Source: Nemertoderma westbladi | Taxonomy: Eukaryota > Animalia > Xenacoelomorpha | Assembly (NCBI GenBank): GCA_032718475.1 | Contig: JAUCBJ010000640.1 | Location: 31,767-95,766 of the forward strand | Direction of reading: 5' to 3' | Length of the DNA stretch: 64,000 nucleotides | Shown here: one piece after another, positions 15,001 through 30,000 of the stretch | How the letters are laid out: each line of letters opens with the position of its first letter | Numbering within the stretch: position 1 is the first letter of the stretch | Made by a program: the position numbers and the translations under genes | The notes under the pieces: model-generated | Database searches by the model: none | What the model was told of the DNA's origin: nothing | What the model saw: the letters and a program-made list of their open reading frames with translations, nothing else

Positions 15001-18000
15001 GTAAATAAAGAGGGAATTTAGGTTAATATACCCCCGAGGTGAGTAAATAAAGAGAGAGTTTAGGTTAATATACCCCCGAGGTGAGTAAATAAAGAGGGAG
15101 TTTAGGTTAATATACCCCCGAGGTGAGTAAATAAAGAGAGAGTTTAGGTTAATATACCTCCGAGGTGAGTAAATAAAGAGAGAGTTCAGGTTAATATACC
15201 TCCGAGGTGAGTAAATAAAGAGGGAGTAGTTCAGGTTAATATACCTCCGAGGTGAGTAAATAAAGAGAGAGTAGTTCAGGTTAATATACCCCCGAGGTGA
15301 GTAAATAAAGAGGGAGTAGTTCAGGTTAATATACCTCCGAGGTGAGTAAATAAAGAGAGAGTTCAGGTTAATATACCTCCGAGGTGAGTAAATAAAGAGA
15401 GAGTTTAGGTTAATATACCCCCGAGGTGAGTAAATAAAGAGGGAGTAGTTCAGGTTAATATACCTCCGAGGTGAGTAAATAAAGAGAGAGTTTAGGTTAA
15501 TATACCTCCGAGGTGAGTAAATAAAGAGGGAGTAGTTCAGGTTAATATACCCCCGAGGTGAGTAAATAAAGAGGGAGTAGTTCAGGTTAATATACCCCCG
15601 AGGTGAGTAAATAAAGAGAGAGTTTAGGTTAATATACCTCCGAGGTGAGTAAATAAAGAGAGAGTTTAGGTTAATATACCTCCGAGGTGAGTAAATAAAG
15701 AGAGAGTTCAGGTTAATATACCCCCGAGGTGAGTAAATAAAGAGAGAGTTTAGGTTAATATACCTCCGAGGTGAGTAAATAAAGAGGGAGTTTAGGTTAA
15801 TATACCCCCGAGGTGAGTAAATAAAGAGAGAGTTTAGGTTAATATACCTCCGAGGCGAGTAAATAAAGAGGGAGTTTAGGTTAATATACCTCCGAGGTGA
15901 GTAAATAAAGAGGGAGTTTAGGTTAATATACCTCCGAGGTGAGTAAATAAAGAGGGAGTTTAGGTTAATATACCCCCGAGGTGAGTAAATAAAGAGGGAG
16001 TTTAGGTTAATATACCTCCGAGGTGAGTAAATAAAGAGGGAGTTTAGGTTAATATACCCCCGAGGTGAGTAAATAAAGAGGGAGTTTAGGTTAATATACC
16101 TCCGAGGTGAGTAAATAAAGAGGGAGTTTAGGTTAATATACCTCCGAGGTGAGTAAATAAAGAGGGAGTTTAGGTTAATATACCCCCGAGGTGAGTAAAT
16201 AAAGAGAGAGTTTAGGTTAATATACCTCCGAGGTGAGTAAATAAAGAGGGAGTTTAGGTTAATATACCTCCGAGGTGAGTAAATAAAGAGGGAGTTTAGG
16301 TTAATATACCTCCGAGGTGAGTAAATAAAGAGGGAGTTTAGGTTAATATACCCCCGAGGTGAGTAAATAAAGAGAGAGTTTAGGTTAATATACCCCCGAG
16401 GTGAGTAAATAAAGAGAGAGTTTAGGTTAATATACCTCCGAGGTGAGTAAATAAAGAGGGAGTTTAGGTTAATATACCTCCGAGGTGAGTAAATAAAGAG
16501 GGAGTTTAGGTTAATATACCCCCGAGGTGAGTAAATAAAGAGAGAGTTTAGGTTAATATACCTCCGAGGTGAGTAAATAAAGAGGGAGTAGTTCAGGTTA
16601 ATATACCTCCGAGGTGAGTAAATAAAGAGAGAGTTTAGGTTAATATACCTCCGAGGTGAGTAAATAAAGATATAGTTTAGGTTAATATACCTCCGAGGTG
16701 AGTAAATAAAGAGAGAGTTTAGGTTAATATACCTCCGAGGTGAGTAAATAAAGAGGGAGTTTAGGTTAATATACCTCCGAGGTGAGTAAATAAAGAGGGA
16801 GTTTAGGTTAATATACCTCCGAGGTGAGTAAATAAAGAGGGAGTAGTTCAGGTTAATATACCTCCGAGGTGAGTAAATAAAGAGAGAGTTTAGGTTAATA
16901 TACCTCCGAGGTGAGTAAATAAAGATATAGTTTAGGTTAATATACCCCCGAGGTGAGTAAATAAAGAGGGAGTTTAGGTTAATATACCCCCGAGGTGAGT
17001 AAATAAAGAGGGAGTTCAGGTTAATATACCTCCGAGGTGAGTAAATAAAGAGGGAGTTTAGGTTAATATACCCCCGAGGTGAGTAAATAAAGAGGGAGTT
17101 CAGGTTAATATACCTCCGAGGTGAGTAAATAAAGAGGGAGTTTAGGTTAATATACCTCCGAGGTGAGTAAATAAAGAGAGAGTAGTTCAGGTTAATATAC
17201 CTCCGAGGTGAGTAAATAAAGAGGGAGTTTAGGTTAATATACCCCCGAGGTGAGTAAATAAAGAGGGAGTTTAGGTTAATATACCCCCGAGGTGAGTAAA
17301 TAAAGAGGGAGTTCAGGTTAATATACCTCCGAGGTGAGTAAATAAAGAGGGAGTTTAGGTTAATATACCTCCGAGGTGAGTAAATAAAGAGAGAGTAGTT
17401 CAGGTTAATATACCCCCGAGGTGAGTAAATAAAGAGGGAGTTCAGGTTAATATACCTCCGAGGTGAGTAAATAAAGAGGGAGTTTAGGTTAATATACCTC
17501 CGAGGTGAGTAAATAAAGAGAGAGTAGTTCAGGTTAATATACCTCCGAGGTGAGTAAATAAAGAGGGAGTTTAGGTTAATATACCTCCGAGGTGAGTAAA
17601 TAAAGAGGGAGTAGTTCAGGTTAATATACCTCCGAGGTGAGTAAATAAAGAGAGAGTTTAGGTTAATATACCTCCGAGGTGAGTAAATAAAGAGAGAGTT
17701 TAGGTTAATATACCTCCGAGGTGAGTAAATAAAGAGGGAGTTTAGGTTAATATACCCCCGAGGTGAGTAAATAAAGAGGGAGTTCAGGTTAATATACCTC
17801 CGAGGTGAGTAAATAAAGAGGGAGTTTAGGTTAATATACCCCCGAGGTGAGTAAATAAAGAGAGAGTAGTTCAGGTTAATATACCTCCGAGGTGAGTAAA
17901 TAAAGAGGGAGTTTAGGTTAATATACCTCCGAGGTGAGTAAATAAAGAGGGAGTAGTTCAGGTTAATATACCTCCGAGGTGAGTAAATAAAGAGGGAGTT

Positions 18001-21000
18001 TAGGTTAATATACCTCCGAGGTGAGTAAATAAAGAGGGAGTAGTTCAGGTTAATATACCTCCGAGGTGAGTAAATAAAGAGAGAGTTTAGGTTAATATAC
18101 CTCCGAGGTGAGTAAATAAAGAGAGAGTTTAGGTTAATATACCTCCGAGGTGAGTAAATAAAGAGAGAGTTTAGGTTAATATACCTCCGAGGTGAGTAAA
18201 TAAAGAGGGAGTTTAGGTTAATATACCTCCGAGGTGAGTAAATAAAGAGAGAGTTTAGGTTAATATACCTCCGAGGTGAGTAAATAAAGAGAGAGTTTAG
18301 GTTAATATACCTCCGAGGTGAGTAAATAAAGAGAGAGTTTAGGTTAATATACCTCCGAGGTGAGTAAATAAAGAGAGAGTTTAGGTTAATATACCTCCGA
18401 GGTGAGTAAATAAAGAGAGAGTTTAGGTTAATATACCTCCGAGGTGAGTAAATAAAGAGAGAGTTTAGGTTAATATACCTCCGAGGTGAGTAAATAAAGA
18501 GAGAGTTTAGGTTAATATACCTCCGAGGTGAGTAAATAAAGAGAGAGTTTAGGTTAATATACCTCCGAGGTGAGTAAATAAAGAGAGAGTTTAGGTTAAT
18601 ATACCTCCGAGGTGAGTAAATAAAGAGAGAGTTTAGGTTAATATACCTCCGAGGTGAGTAAATAAAGAGGGAGTAGTTCAGGTTAATATACCTCCGAGGT
18701 GAGTAAATAAAGAGGGAGTAGTTCAGGTTAATATACCTCCGAGGTGAGTAAATAAAGAGGGAGTTCAGGTTAATATACCCCCGAGGTGAGTAAATAAAGA
18801 TATAGTTCAGGTTAATATACCTCCGAGGTGAGTAAATAAAGAGGGAGTTCAGGTTAATATACCCCCGAGGTGAGTAAATAAAGATATAGTTCAGGTTAAT
18901 ATACCTCCGAGGTGAGTAAATAAAGAGGGAGTTTAGGTTAATATACCTCCGAGGTGAGTAAATAAAGAGGGAGTAGTTTAGGTTAATATACCTCCGAGGT
19001 GAGTAAATAAAGAGGGAGTTCAGGTTAATATACCCCCGAGGTGAGTAAATAAAGATATAGTTCAGGTTAATATACCTCCGAGGTGAGTAAATAAAGAGGG
19101 AGTTCAGGTTAATATACCCCCGAGGTGAGTAAATAAAGATATAGTTCAGGTTAATATACCTCCGAGGTGAGTAAATAAAGAGAGAGTTTAGGTTAATATA
19201 CCTCCGAGGTGAGTAAATAAAGAGGGAGTAGTTCAGGTTAATATACCTCCGAGGTGAGTAAATAAAGAGGGAGTTCAGGTTAATATACCCCCGAGGTGAG
19301 TAAATAAAGATATAGTTCAGGTTAATATACCTCCGAGGTGAGTAAATAAAGAGGGAGTTCAGGTTAATATACCCCCGAGGTGAGTAAATAAAGAGAGAGT
19401 AGTTCAGGTTAATATACCTCCGAGGTGAGTAAATAAAGAGGGAGTTCAGGTTAATATACCCCCGAGGTGAGTAAATAAAGATATAGTTCAGGTTAATATA
19501 CCTCCGAGGTGAGTAAATAAAGAGGGAGTTCAGGTTAATATACCCCCGAGGTGAGTAAATAAAGAGAGAGTAGTTCAGGTTAATATACCTCCGAGGTGAG
19601 TAAATAAAGAGGGAGTTCAGGTTAATATACCCCCGAGGTGAGTAAATAAAGATATAGTTCAGGTTAATATACCTCCGAGGTGAGTAAATAAAGAGGGAGT
19701 TCAGGTTAATATACCCCCGAGGTGAGTAAATAAAGAGAGAGTTTAGGTTAATATACCTCCGAGGTGAGTAAATAAAGAGAGAGTTTAGGTTAATATACCT
19801 CCGAGGTGAGTAAATAAAGAGGGAGTTCAGGTTAATATACCCCCGAGGTGAGTAAATAAAGAGGGAGTAGTTCAGGTTAATATACCCCCGAGGTGAGTAA
19901 ATAAAGAGAGAGTTTAGGTTAATATACCTCCGAGGTGAGTAAATAAAGAGGGAGTTTAGGTTAATATACCTCCGAGGTGAGTAAATAAAGAGGGAGTTCA
20001 GGTTAATATACCCCGAGGTGAGTAAATAAAGAGGGAGTTTAGGTTAATATACCTCCGAGGTGAGTAAATAAAGAGAGAGTTTAGGTTAATATACCTCCGA
20101 GGTGAGTAAATAAAGAGAGAGTTTAGGTTAATATACCTCCGAGGTGAGTAAATAAAGAGGGAGTAGTTCAGGTTAATATACCTCCGAGGTGAGTAAATAA
20201 AGAGAGAGTTTAGGTTAATATACCTCCGAGGTGAGTAAATAAAGAGGGAGTAGTTCAGGTTAATATACCTCCGAGGTGAGTAAATAAAGAGGGAGTTTAG
20301 GTTAATATACCTCCGAGGTGAGTAAATAAAGAGAGAGTTCAGGTTAATATACCCCGAGGTGAGTAAATAAAGAGGGAGTTCAGGTTAATATACCCCCGAG
20401 GTGAGTAAATAAAGAGGGAGTTCAGGTTAATATACCCCGAGGTGAGTAAATAAAGAGGGAGTTCAGGTTAATATACCCCCGAGGTGAGTAAATAAAGAGG
20501 GAGTAGTTCAGGTTAATATACCTCCGAGGTGAGTAAATAAAGAGGGAGTTTAGGTTAATATACCTCCGAGGTGAGTAAATAAAGAGAGAGTTCAGGTTAA
20601 TATACCCCGAGGTGAGTAAATAAAGAGGGAGTTCAGGTTAATATACCCCGAGGTGAGTAAATAAAGAGGGAGTTCAGGTTAATATACCCCCGAGGTGAGT
20701 AAATAAAGAGGGAGTAGTTCAGGTTAATATACCCCCGAGGTGAGTAAATAAAGAGAGAGTTTAGGTTAATATACCTCCGAGGTGAGTAAATAAAGAGGGA
20801 GTTTAGGTTAATATACCTCCGAGGTGAGTAAATAAAGAGGGAGTTCAGGTTAATATACCCCGAGGTGAGTAAATAAAGAGGGAGTTTAGGTTAATATACC
20901 TCCGAGGTGAGTAAATAAAGAGAGAGTTTAGGTTAATATACCTCCGAGGTGAGTAAATAAAGAGAGAGTTTAGGTTAATATACCTCCGAGGTGAGTAAAT

Positions 21001-24000
21001 AAAGAGGGAGTAGTTCAGGTTAATATACCTCCGAGGTGAGTAAATAAAGAGGGAGTAGTTCAGGTTAATATACCCCGAGGTGAGTAAATAAAGAGGGAGT
21101 TCAGGTTAATATACCCCGAGGTGAGTAAATAAAGAGGGAGTTTAGGTTAATATACCTCCGAGGTGAGTAAATAAAGAGGGAGTTTAGGTTAATATACCTC
21201 CGAGGTGAGTAAATAAAGAGAGAGTTTAGGTTAATATACCTCCGAGGTGAGTAAATAAAGAGAGAGTTTAGGTTAATATACCTCCGAGGTGAGTAAATAA
21301 AGAGAGAGTTTAGGTTAATATACCTCCGAGGTGAGTAAATAAAGAGGGAGTAGTTCAGGTTAATATACCTCCGAGGTGAGTAAATAAAGAGAGAGTTTAG
21401 GTTAATATACCTCCGAGGTGAGTAAATAAAGAGAGAGTTTAGGTTAATATACCTCCGAGGTGAGTAAATAAAGAGAGAGTTTAGGTTAATATACCCCCGA
21501 GGTGAGTAAATAAAGAGGGAGTTTAGGTTAATATACCTCCGAGGTGAGTAAATAAAGAGAGAGTTTAGGTTAATATACCTCCGAGGTGAGTAAATAAAGA
21601 GAGAGTTTAGGTTAATATACCTCCGAGGTGAGTAAATAAAGAGGGAGTAGTTCAGGTTAATATACCTCCGAGGTGAGTAAATAAAGAGAGAGTTTAGGTT
21701 AATATACCTCCGAGGTGAGTAAATAAAGAGGGAGTAGTTCAGGTTAATATACCTCCGAGGTGAGTAAATAAAGAGAGAGTTTAGGTTAATATACCTCCGA
21801 GGTGAGTAAATAAAGAGGGAGTAGTTCAGGTTAATATACCTCCGAGGTGAGTAAATAAAGAGGGAGTTTAGGTTAATATACCTCCGAGGTGAGTAAATAA
21901 AGAGAGAGTTCAGGTTAATATACCTCCGAGGTGAGTAAATAAAGAGGGAGTAGTTCAGGTTAATATACCTCCGAGGTGAGTAAATAAAGAGAGAGTTTAG
22001 GTTAATATACCTCCGAGGTGAGTAAATAAAGAGGGAGTAGTTCAGGTTAATATACCTCCGAGGTGAGTAAATAAAGAGGGAGTTCAGGTTAATATACCCC
22101 GAGGTGAGTAAATAAAGAGAGAGTTTAGGTTAATATACCTCCGAGGTGAGTAAATAAAGAGGGAGTAGTTCAGGTTAATATACCTCCGAGGTGAGTAAAT
22201 AAAGAGGGAGTTCAGGTTAATATACCCCGAGGTGAGTAAATAAAGAGGGAGTTTAGGTTAATATACCTCCGAGGTGAGTAAATAAAGAGGGAGTAGTTCA
22301 GGTTAATATACCTCCGAGGTGAGTAAATAAAGAGGGAGTAGTTCAGGTTAATATACCTCCGAGGTGAGTAAATAAAGAGGGAGTAGTTCAGGTTAATATA
22401 CCTCCGAGGTGAGTAAATAAAGAGGGAGTAGTTCAGGTTAATATACCTCCGAGGTGAGTAAATAAAGAGAGAGTTTAGGTTAATATACCTCCGAGGTGAG
22501 TAAATAAAGAGGGAGTTTAGGTTAATATACCTCCGAGGTGAGTAAATAAAGAGGGAGTTCAGGTTAATATACCCCGAGGTGAGTAAATAAAGAGAGAGTT
22601 CAGGTTAATATACCTCCGAGGTGAGTAAATAAAGAGAGAGTTCAGGTTAATATACCCCCGAGGTGAGTAAATAAAGAGAGAGTTTAGGTTAATATACCTC
22701 CGAGGTGAGTAAATAAAGAGAGAGTTTAGGTTAATATACCTCCGAGGTGAGTAAATAAAGAGAGAGTTTAGGTTAATATACCTCCGAGGTGAGTAAATAA
22801 AGAGAGAGTTCAGGTTAATATACCCCCGAGGTGAGTAAATAAAGATATAGTTTAGGTTAATATACCCCCGAGGTGAGTAAATAAAGATATAGTTTAGGTT
22901 AATATACCCCCGAGGTGAGTAAATAAAGAGGGAGTTTAGGTTAATATACCTCCGAGGTGAGTAAATAAAGAGAGAGTTTAGGTTAATATACCTCCGAGGT
23001 GAGTAAATAAAGAGGGAGTTTAGGTTAATATACCTCCGAGGTGAGTAAATAAAGAGAGAGTAGTTCAGGTTAATATACCTCCGAGGTGAGTAAATAAAGA
23101 GGGAGTAGTTCAGGTTAATATACCCCCGAGGTGAGTAAATAAAGAGAGAGTTTAGGTTAATATACCTCCGAGGTGAGTAAATAAAGAGGGAGTTTAGGTT
23201 AATATACCCCCGAGGTGAGTAAATAAAGAGAGAGTTTAGGTTAATATACCCCCGAGGTGAGTAAATAAAGAGAGAGTTCAGGTTAATATACCCCCGAGGT
23301 GAGTAAATAAAGAGAGAGTTTAGGTTAATATACCTCCGAGGTGAGTAAATAAAGAGGGAGTAGTTCAGGTTAATATACCTCCGAGGTGAGTAAATAAAGA
23401 GAGAGTTTAGGTTAATATACCTCCGAGGTGAGTAAATAAAGAGGGAGTAGTTCAGGTTAATATACCTCCGAGGTGAGTAAATAAAGAGAGAGTTTAGGTT
23501 AATATACCCCCGAGGTGAGTAAATAAAGAGAGAGTTCAGGTTAATATACCTCCGAGGTGAGTAAATAAAGAGAGAGTTCAGGTTAATATACCTCCGAGGT
23601 GAGTAAATAAAGAGGGAGTTTAGGTTAATATACCCCCGAGGTGAGTAAATAAAGAGGGAGTAGTTCAGGTTAATATACCTCCGAGGTGAGTAAATAAAGA
23701 GGGAGTTTAGGTTAATATACCTCCGAGGTGAGTAAATAAAGAAGGAGTAGTTCAGGTTAATATACCTCCGAGGTGAGTAAATAAAGAGAGAGTTTAGGTT
23801 AATATACCTCCGAGGTGAGTAAATAAAGAGAGAGTTTAGGTTAATATACCTCCGAGGTGAGTAAATAAAGAGAGAGTTTAGGTTAATATACCTCCGAGGT
23901 GAGTAAATAAAGAGGGAGTAGTTCAGGTTAATATACCTCCGAGGTGAGTAAATAAAGAGAGAGTTTAGGTTAATATACCCCCGAGGTGAGTAAATAAAGA

Positions 24001-27000
24001 GAGAGTTCAGGTTAATATACCTCCGAGGTGAGTAAATAAAGAGGGAGTAGTTCAGGTTAATATACCTCCGAGGTGAGTAAATAAAGAGGGAGTTTAGGTT
24101 AATATACTTCCGAGGTGAGTAAATAAAGAGGGAGTTTAGGTTAATATACCTCCGAGGTGAGTAAATAAAGAGGGAGTAGTTCAGGTTAATATACCTCCGA
24201 GGTGAGTAAATAAAGAGAGAGTTTAGGTTAATATACCTCCGAGGTGAGTAAATAAAGAGGGAGTAGTTCAGGTTAATATACCCCGAGGTGAGTAAATAAA
24301 GAGGGAGTAGTTCAGGTTAATATACCTCCGAGGTGAGTAAATAAAGAGAGAGTTTAGGTTAATATACCTCCGAGGTGAGTAAATAAAGAGAGAGTTTAGG
24401 TTAATATACCCCCGAGGTGAGTAAATAAAGAGAGAGTAGTTCAGGTTAATATACCCCCGAGGTGAGTAAATAAAGAGAGAGTTTAGGTTAATATACCTCC
24501 GAGGTGAGTAAATAAAGAGGGAGTAGTTCAGGTTAATATACCCCCGAGGTGAGTAAATAAAGAGGGAGTAGTTCAGGTTAATATACCTCCGAGGTGAGTA
24601 AATAAAGAGAGAGTTTAGGTTAATATACCTCCGAGGTGAGTAAATAAAGAGGGAGTAGTTCAGGTTAATATACCTCCGAGGTGAGTAAATAAAGAGAGAG
24701 TTTAGGTTAATATACCTCCGAGGTGAGTAAATAAAGAGGGAGTAGTTCAGGTTAATATACCCCCGAGGTGAGTAAATAAAGAGAGAGTTTAGGTTAATAT
24801 ACCTCCGAGGTGAGTAAATAAAGAGGGAGTTTAGGTTAATATACCTCCGAGGTGAGTAAATAAAGAGGGAGTTTAGGTTAATATACCTCCGAGGTGAGTA
24901 AATAAAGAGGGAGTAGTTCAGGTTAATATACCTCCGAGGTGAGTAAATAAAGAGGGAGTAGTTCAGGTTAATATACCTCCGAGGTGAGTAAATAAAGAGA
25001 GAGTTTAGGTTAATATACCTCCGAGGTGAGTAAATAAAGAGGGAGTTCAGGTTAATATACCTCCGAGGTGAGTAAATAAAGAGGGAGTTCAGGTTAATAT
25101 ACCTCCGAGGTGAGTAAATAAAGAGAGAGTTTAGGTTAATATACCCCCGAGGTGAGTAAATAAAGAGGGAGTAGTTCAGGTTAATATACCTCCGAGGTGA
25201 GTAAATAAAGAGAGAGTTTAGGTTAATATACCTCCGAGGTGAGTAAATAAAGAGAGAGTTTAGGTTAATATACCTCCGAGGTGAGTAAATAAAGAGGGAG
25301 TTTAGGTTAATATACCTCCGAGGTGAGTAAATAAAGAGGGAGTAGTTCAGGTTAATATACCTCCGAGGTGAGTAAATAAAGAGAGAGTTTAGGTTAATAT
25401 ACCTCCGAGGTGAGTAAATAAAGAGGGAGTTTAGGTTAATATACCTCCGAGGTGAGTAAATAAAGAGAGAGTTTAGGTTAATATACCTCCGAGGTGAGTA
25501 AATAAAGAGGGAGTTTAGGTTAATATACCTCCGAGGTGAGTAAATAAAGAGAGAGTTTAGGTTAATATACCTCCGAGGTGAGTAAATAAAGAGGGAGTTT
25601 AGGTTAATATACCTCCGAGGTGAGTAAATAAAGAGAGAGTTTAGGTTAATATACCTCCGAGGTGAGTAAATAAAGAGGGAGTTTAGGTTAATATACCTCC
25701 GAGGTGAGTAAATAAAGAGGGAGTAGTTCAGGTTAATATACCTCCGAGGTGAGTAAATAAAGAGGGAGTAGTTCAGGTTAATATACCTCCGAGGTGAGTA
25801 AATAAAGAGGGAGTAGTTCAGGTTAATATACCTCCGAGGTGAGTAAATAAAGAGGGAGTAGTTCAGGTTAATATACCTCCGAGGTGAGTAAATAAAGAGG
25901 GAGTAGTTCAGGTTAATATACCTCCGAGGTGAGTAAATAAAGAGGGAGTTCAGGTTAATATACCTCCGAGGTGAGTAAATAAAGAGGGAGTTCAGGTTAA
26001 TATACCTCCGAGGTGAGTAAATAAAGAGAGAGTTTAGGTTAATATACCTCCGAGGTGAGTAAATAAAGAGGGAGTAGTTCAGGTTAATATACCTCCGAGG
26101 TGAGTAAATAAAGAGGGAGTAGTTCAGGTTAATATACCTCCGAGGTGAGTAAATAAAGAGGGAGTTTAGGTTAATATACCTCCGAGGTGAGTAAATAAAG
26201 AGGGAGTTTAGGTTAATATACCCCCGAGGTGAGTAAATAAAGAGGGAGTTTAGGTTAATATACCCCCGAGGTGAGTAAATAAAGAGAGAGTTTAGGTTAA
26301 TATACCTCCGAGGTGAGTAAATAAAGAGGGAGTAGTTCAGGTTAATATACCTCCGAGGTGAGTAAATAAAGAGGGAGTAGTTCAGGTTAATATACCTCCG
26401 AGGTGAGTAAATAAAGAGGGAGTTTAGGTTAATATACCTCCGAGGTGAGTAAATAAAGAGGGAGTTTAGGTTAATATACCCCCGAGGTGAGTAAATAAAG
26501 AGGGAGTTTAGGTTAATATACCTCCGAGGTGAGTAAATAAAGAGAGAGTTTAGGTTAATATACCTCCGAGGTGAGTAAATAAAGAGAGAGTTTAGGTTAA
26601 TATACCTCCGAGGTGAGTAAATAAAGAGGGAGTTTAGGTTAATATACCTCCGAGGTGAGTAAATAAAGAGAGAGTTTAGGTTAATATACCTCCGAGGTGA
26701 GTAAATAAAGAGAGAGTTTAGGTTAATATACCTCCGAGGTGAGTAAATAAAGAGGGAGTTTAGGTTAATATACCTCCGAGGTGAGTAAATAAAGAGGGAG
26801 TAGTTCAGGTTAATATACCTCCGAGGTGAGTAAATAAAGAGAGAGTTCAGGTTAATATACCCCCGAGGTCAGTAAATAAAGAGAGAGTTTAGGTTAATAT
26901 ACCTCCGAGGTGAGTAAATAAAGAGGGAGTAGTTCAGGTTAATATACCTCCGAGGTGAGTAAATAAAGAGGGAGTAGTTCAGGTTAATATACCTCCGAGG

Positions 27001-30000
27001 TGAGTAAATAAAGAGGGAGTAGTTCAGGTTAATATACCTCCGAGGTGAGTAAATAAAGAGGGAGTTCAGGTTAATATACCTCCGAGGTGAGTAAATAAAG
27101 AGGGAGTTCAGGTTAATATACCTCCGAGGTGAGTAAATAAAGAGGGAGTAGTTCAGGTTAATATACCTCCGAGGTGAGTAAATAAAGAGAGAGTTCAGGT
27201 TAATATACCCCCGAGGTCAGTAAATAAAGAGAGAGTTTAGGTTAATATACCTCCGAGGTGAGTAAATAAAGAGGGAGTAGTTCAGGTTAATATACCTCCG
27301 AGGTGAGTAAATAAAGAGGGAGTAGTTCAGGTTAATATACCTCCGAGGTGAGTAAATAAAGAGGGAGTAGTTCAGGTTAATATACCTCCGAGGTGAGTAA
27401 ATAAAGAGGGAGTTCAGGTTAATATACCTCCGAGGTGAGTAAATAAAGAGGGAGTTCAGGTTAATATACCTCCGAGGTGAGTAAATAAAGAGGGAGTAGT
27501 TCAGGTTAATATACCTCCGAGGTGAGTAAATAAAGAGGGAGTAGTTCAGGTTAATATACCTCCGAGGTGAGTAAATAAAGAGGGAGTAGTTCAGGTTAAT
27601 ATACCTCCGAGGTGAGTAAATAAAGAGGGAGTAGTTCAGGTTAATATACCTCCGAGGTGAGTAAATAAAGAGGGAGTTTAGGTTAATATACCTCCGAGGT
27701 GAGTAAATAAAGAGGGAGTTTAGGTTAATATACCTCCGAGGTGAGTAAATAAAGAGAGAGTTTAGGTTAATATACCTCCGTTGTGAGTAAATAAAGAGGG
27801 AGTTTAGGTTAATATACCTCCGAGGTGAGTAAATAAAGAGAGAGTTTAGGTTAATATACCTCCGAGGTGAGTAAATAAAGAGGGAGTAGTTCAGGTTAAT
27901 ATACCTCCGAGGTGAGTAAATAAAGAGGGAGTAGTTCAGGTTAATATACCTCCGAGGTGAGTAAATAAAGAGGGAGTAGTTCAGGTTAATATACCTCCGA
28001 GGTGAGTAAATAAAGAGGGAGTAGTTCAGGTTAATATACCTCCGAGGTGAGTAAATAAAGAGGGAGTTCAGGTTAATATACCTCCGAGGTGAGTAAATAA
28101 AGAGGGAGTTCAGGTTAATATACCTCCGAGGTGAGTAAATAAAGAGAGAGTTTAGGTTAATATACCTCCGAGGTGAGTAAATAAAGAGGGAGTAGTTCAG
28201 GTTAATATACCCCCGAGGTGAGTAAATAAAGAGGGAGTAGTTCAGGTTAATATACCTCCGAGGTGAGTAAATAAAGAGAGAGTTTAGGTTAATATACCCC
28301 CGAGGTGAGTAAATAAAGAGGGAGTAGTTCAGGTTAATATACCCCCGAGGTGAGTAAATAAAGTGGGAGTAGTTCAGGTTAATATACCTCCGAGGTGAGT
28401 AAATAAAGAGGGAGTTTAGGTTAATATACCTCCGAGGTGAGTAAATAAAGAGGGAGTTTAGGTTAATATACCCCCGAGGTGAGTAAATAAAGAGGGAGTT
28501 TAGGTTAATATACCCCCGAGGTGAGTAAATAAAGAGAGAGTTTAGGTTAATATACCTCCGAGGTGAGTAAATAAAGAGGGAGTAGTTCAGGTTAATATGC
28601 CTCCGAGGTGAGTAAATAAAGAGGGAGTAGTTCAGGTTAATATACCTTCGAGGTGAGTAAATAAAGAGGGAGTTTAGGTTAATATACCTCCGAGGTGAGT
28701 AAATAAAGAGGGAGTTTAGGTTAATATACCCCCGAGGTGAGTAAATAAAGAGGGAGTTTAGGTTAATATACCTCCGAGGTGAGTAAATAAAGAGAGAGTT
28801 TAGGTTAATATACCTCCGAGGTGAGTAAATAAAGAGGGAGTTTAGGTTAATATACCCCCGAGGTGAGTAAATAAAGAGAGAGTTTAGGTTAATATACCTC
28901 CGAGGTGAGTAAATAAAGAGAGAGTTTAGGTTAATATACCTCCGAGGTGAGTAAATAAAGAGGGAGTTTAGGTTAATATACCCCCGAGGTGAGTAAATAA
29001 AGAGAGAGTTTAGGTTAATATACCTCCGAGGTGAGTAAATAAAGAGAGAGTTCAGGTTAATATACCTCCGAGGTGAGTAAATAAAGAGGGAGTAGTTCAG
29101 GTTAATATACCTCCGAGGTGAGTAAATAAAGAGGGAGTTCAGGTTAATATACCCCCGAGGTGAGTAAATAAAGAGAGAGTTTAGGTTAATATACCTCCGA
29201 GGTGAGTAAATAAAGAGAGAGTTTAGGTTAATATACCTCCGAGGTGAGTAAATAAAGAGAGAGTTTAGGTTAATATACCTCCGAGGTGAGTAAATAAAGA
29301 GAGAGTTCAGGTTAATATACCTCCGAGGTGAGTAAATAAAGAGAGAGTTTAGGTTAATATACCTCCGAGGTGAGTAAATAAAGAGAGAGTTTAGGTTAAT
29401 ATACCTCCGAGGTGAGTAAATAAAGAGGGAGTAGTTCAGGTTAATATACCTCCGAGGTGAGTAAATAAAGAGAGAGTAGTTCAGGTTAATATACCCCCGA
29501 GGTGAGTAAATAAAGAGAGAGTTTAGGTTAATATACCTCCGAGGTGAGTAAATAAAGAGAGAGTTTAGGTTAATATACCTCCGAGGTGAGTAAATAAAGA
29601 GAGAGTTTAGGTTAATATACCTCCGAGGTGAGTAAATAAAGAGAGAGTTTAGGTTAATATACCTCCGAGGTGAGTAAATAAAGAGAGAGTTTAGGTTAAT
29701 ATACCCCCGAGGTGAGTAAATAAAGAGAGAGTTTAGGTTAATATACCTCCGAGGTGAGTAAATAAAGAGAGAGTTTAGGTTAATATACCTCCGAGGTGAG
29801 TAAATAAAGAGAGAGTTTAGGTTAATATACCTCCGAGGTGAGTAAATAAAGAGAGAGTTTAGGTTAATATACCTCCGAGGTGAGTAAATAAAGAGAGAGT
29901 TTAGGTTAATATACCCCCGAGGTGAGTAAATAAAGAGAGAGTTCAGGTTAATATACCTCCGAGGTGAGTAAATAAAGAGAGAGTTTAGGTTAATATACCC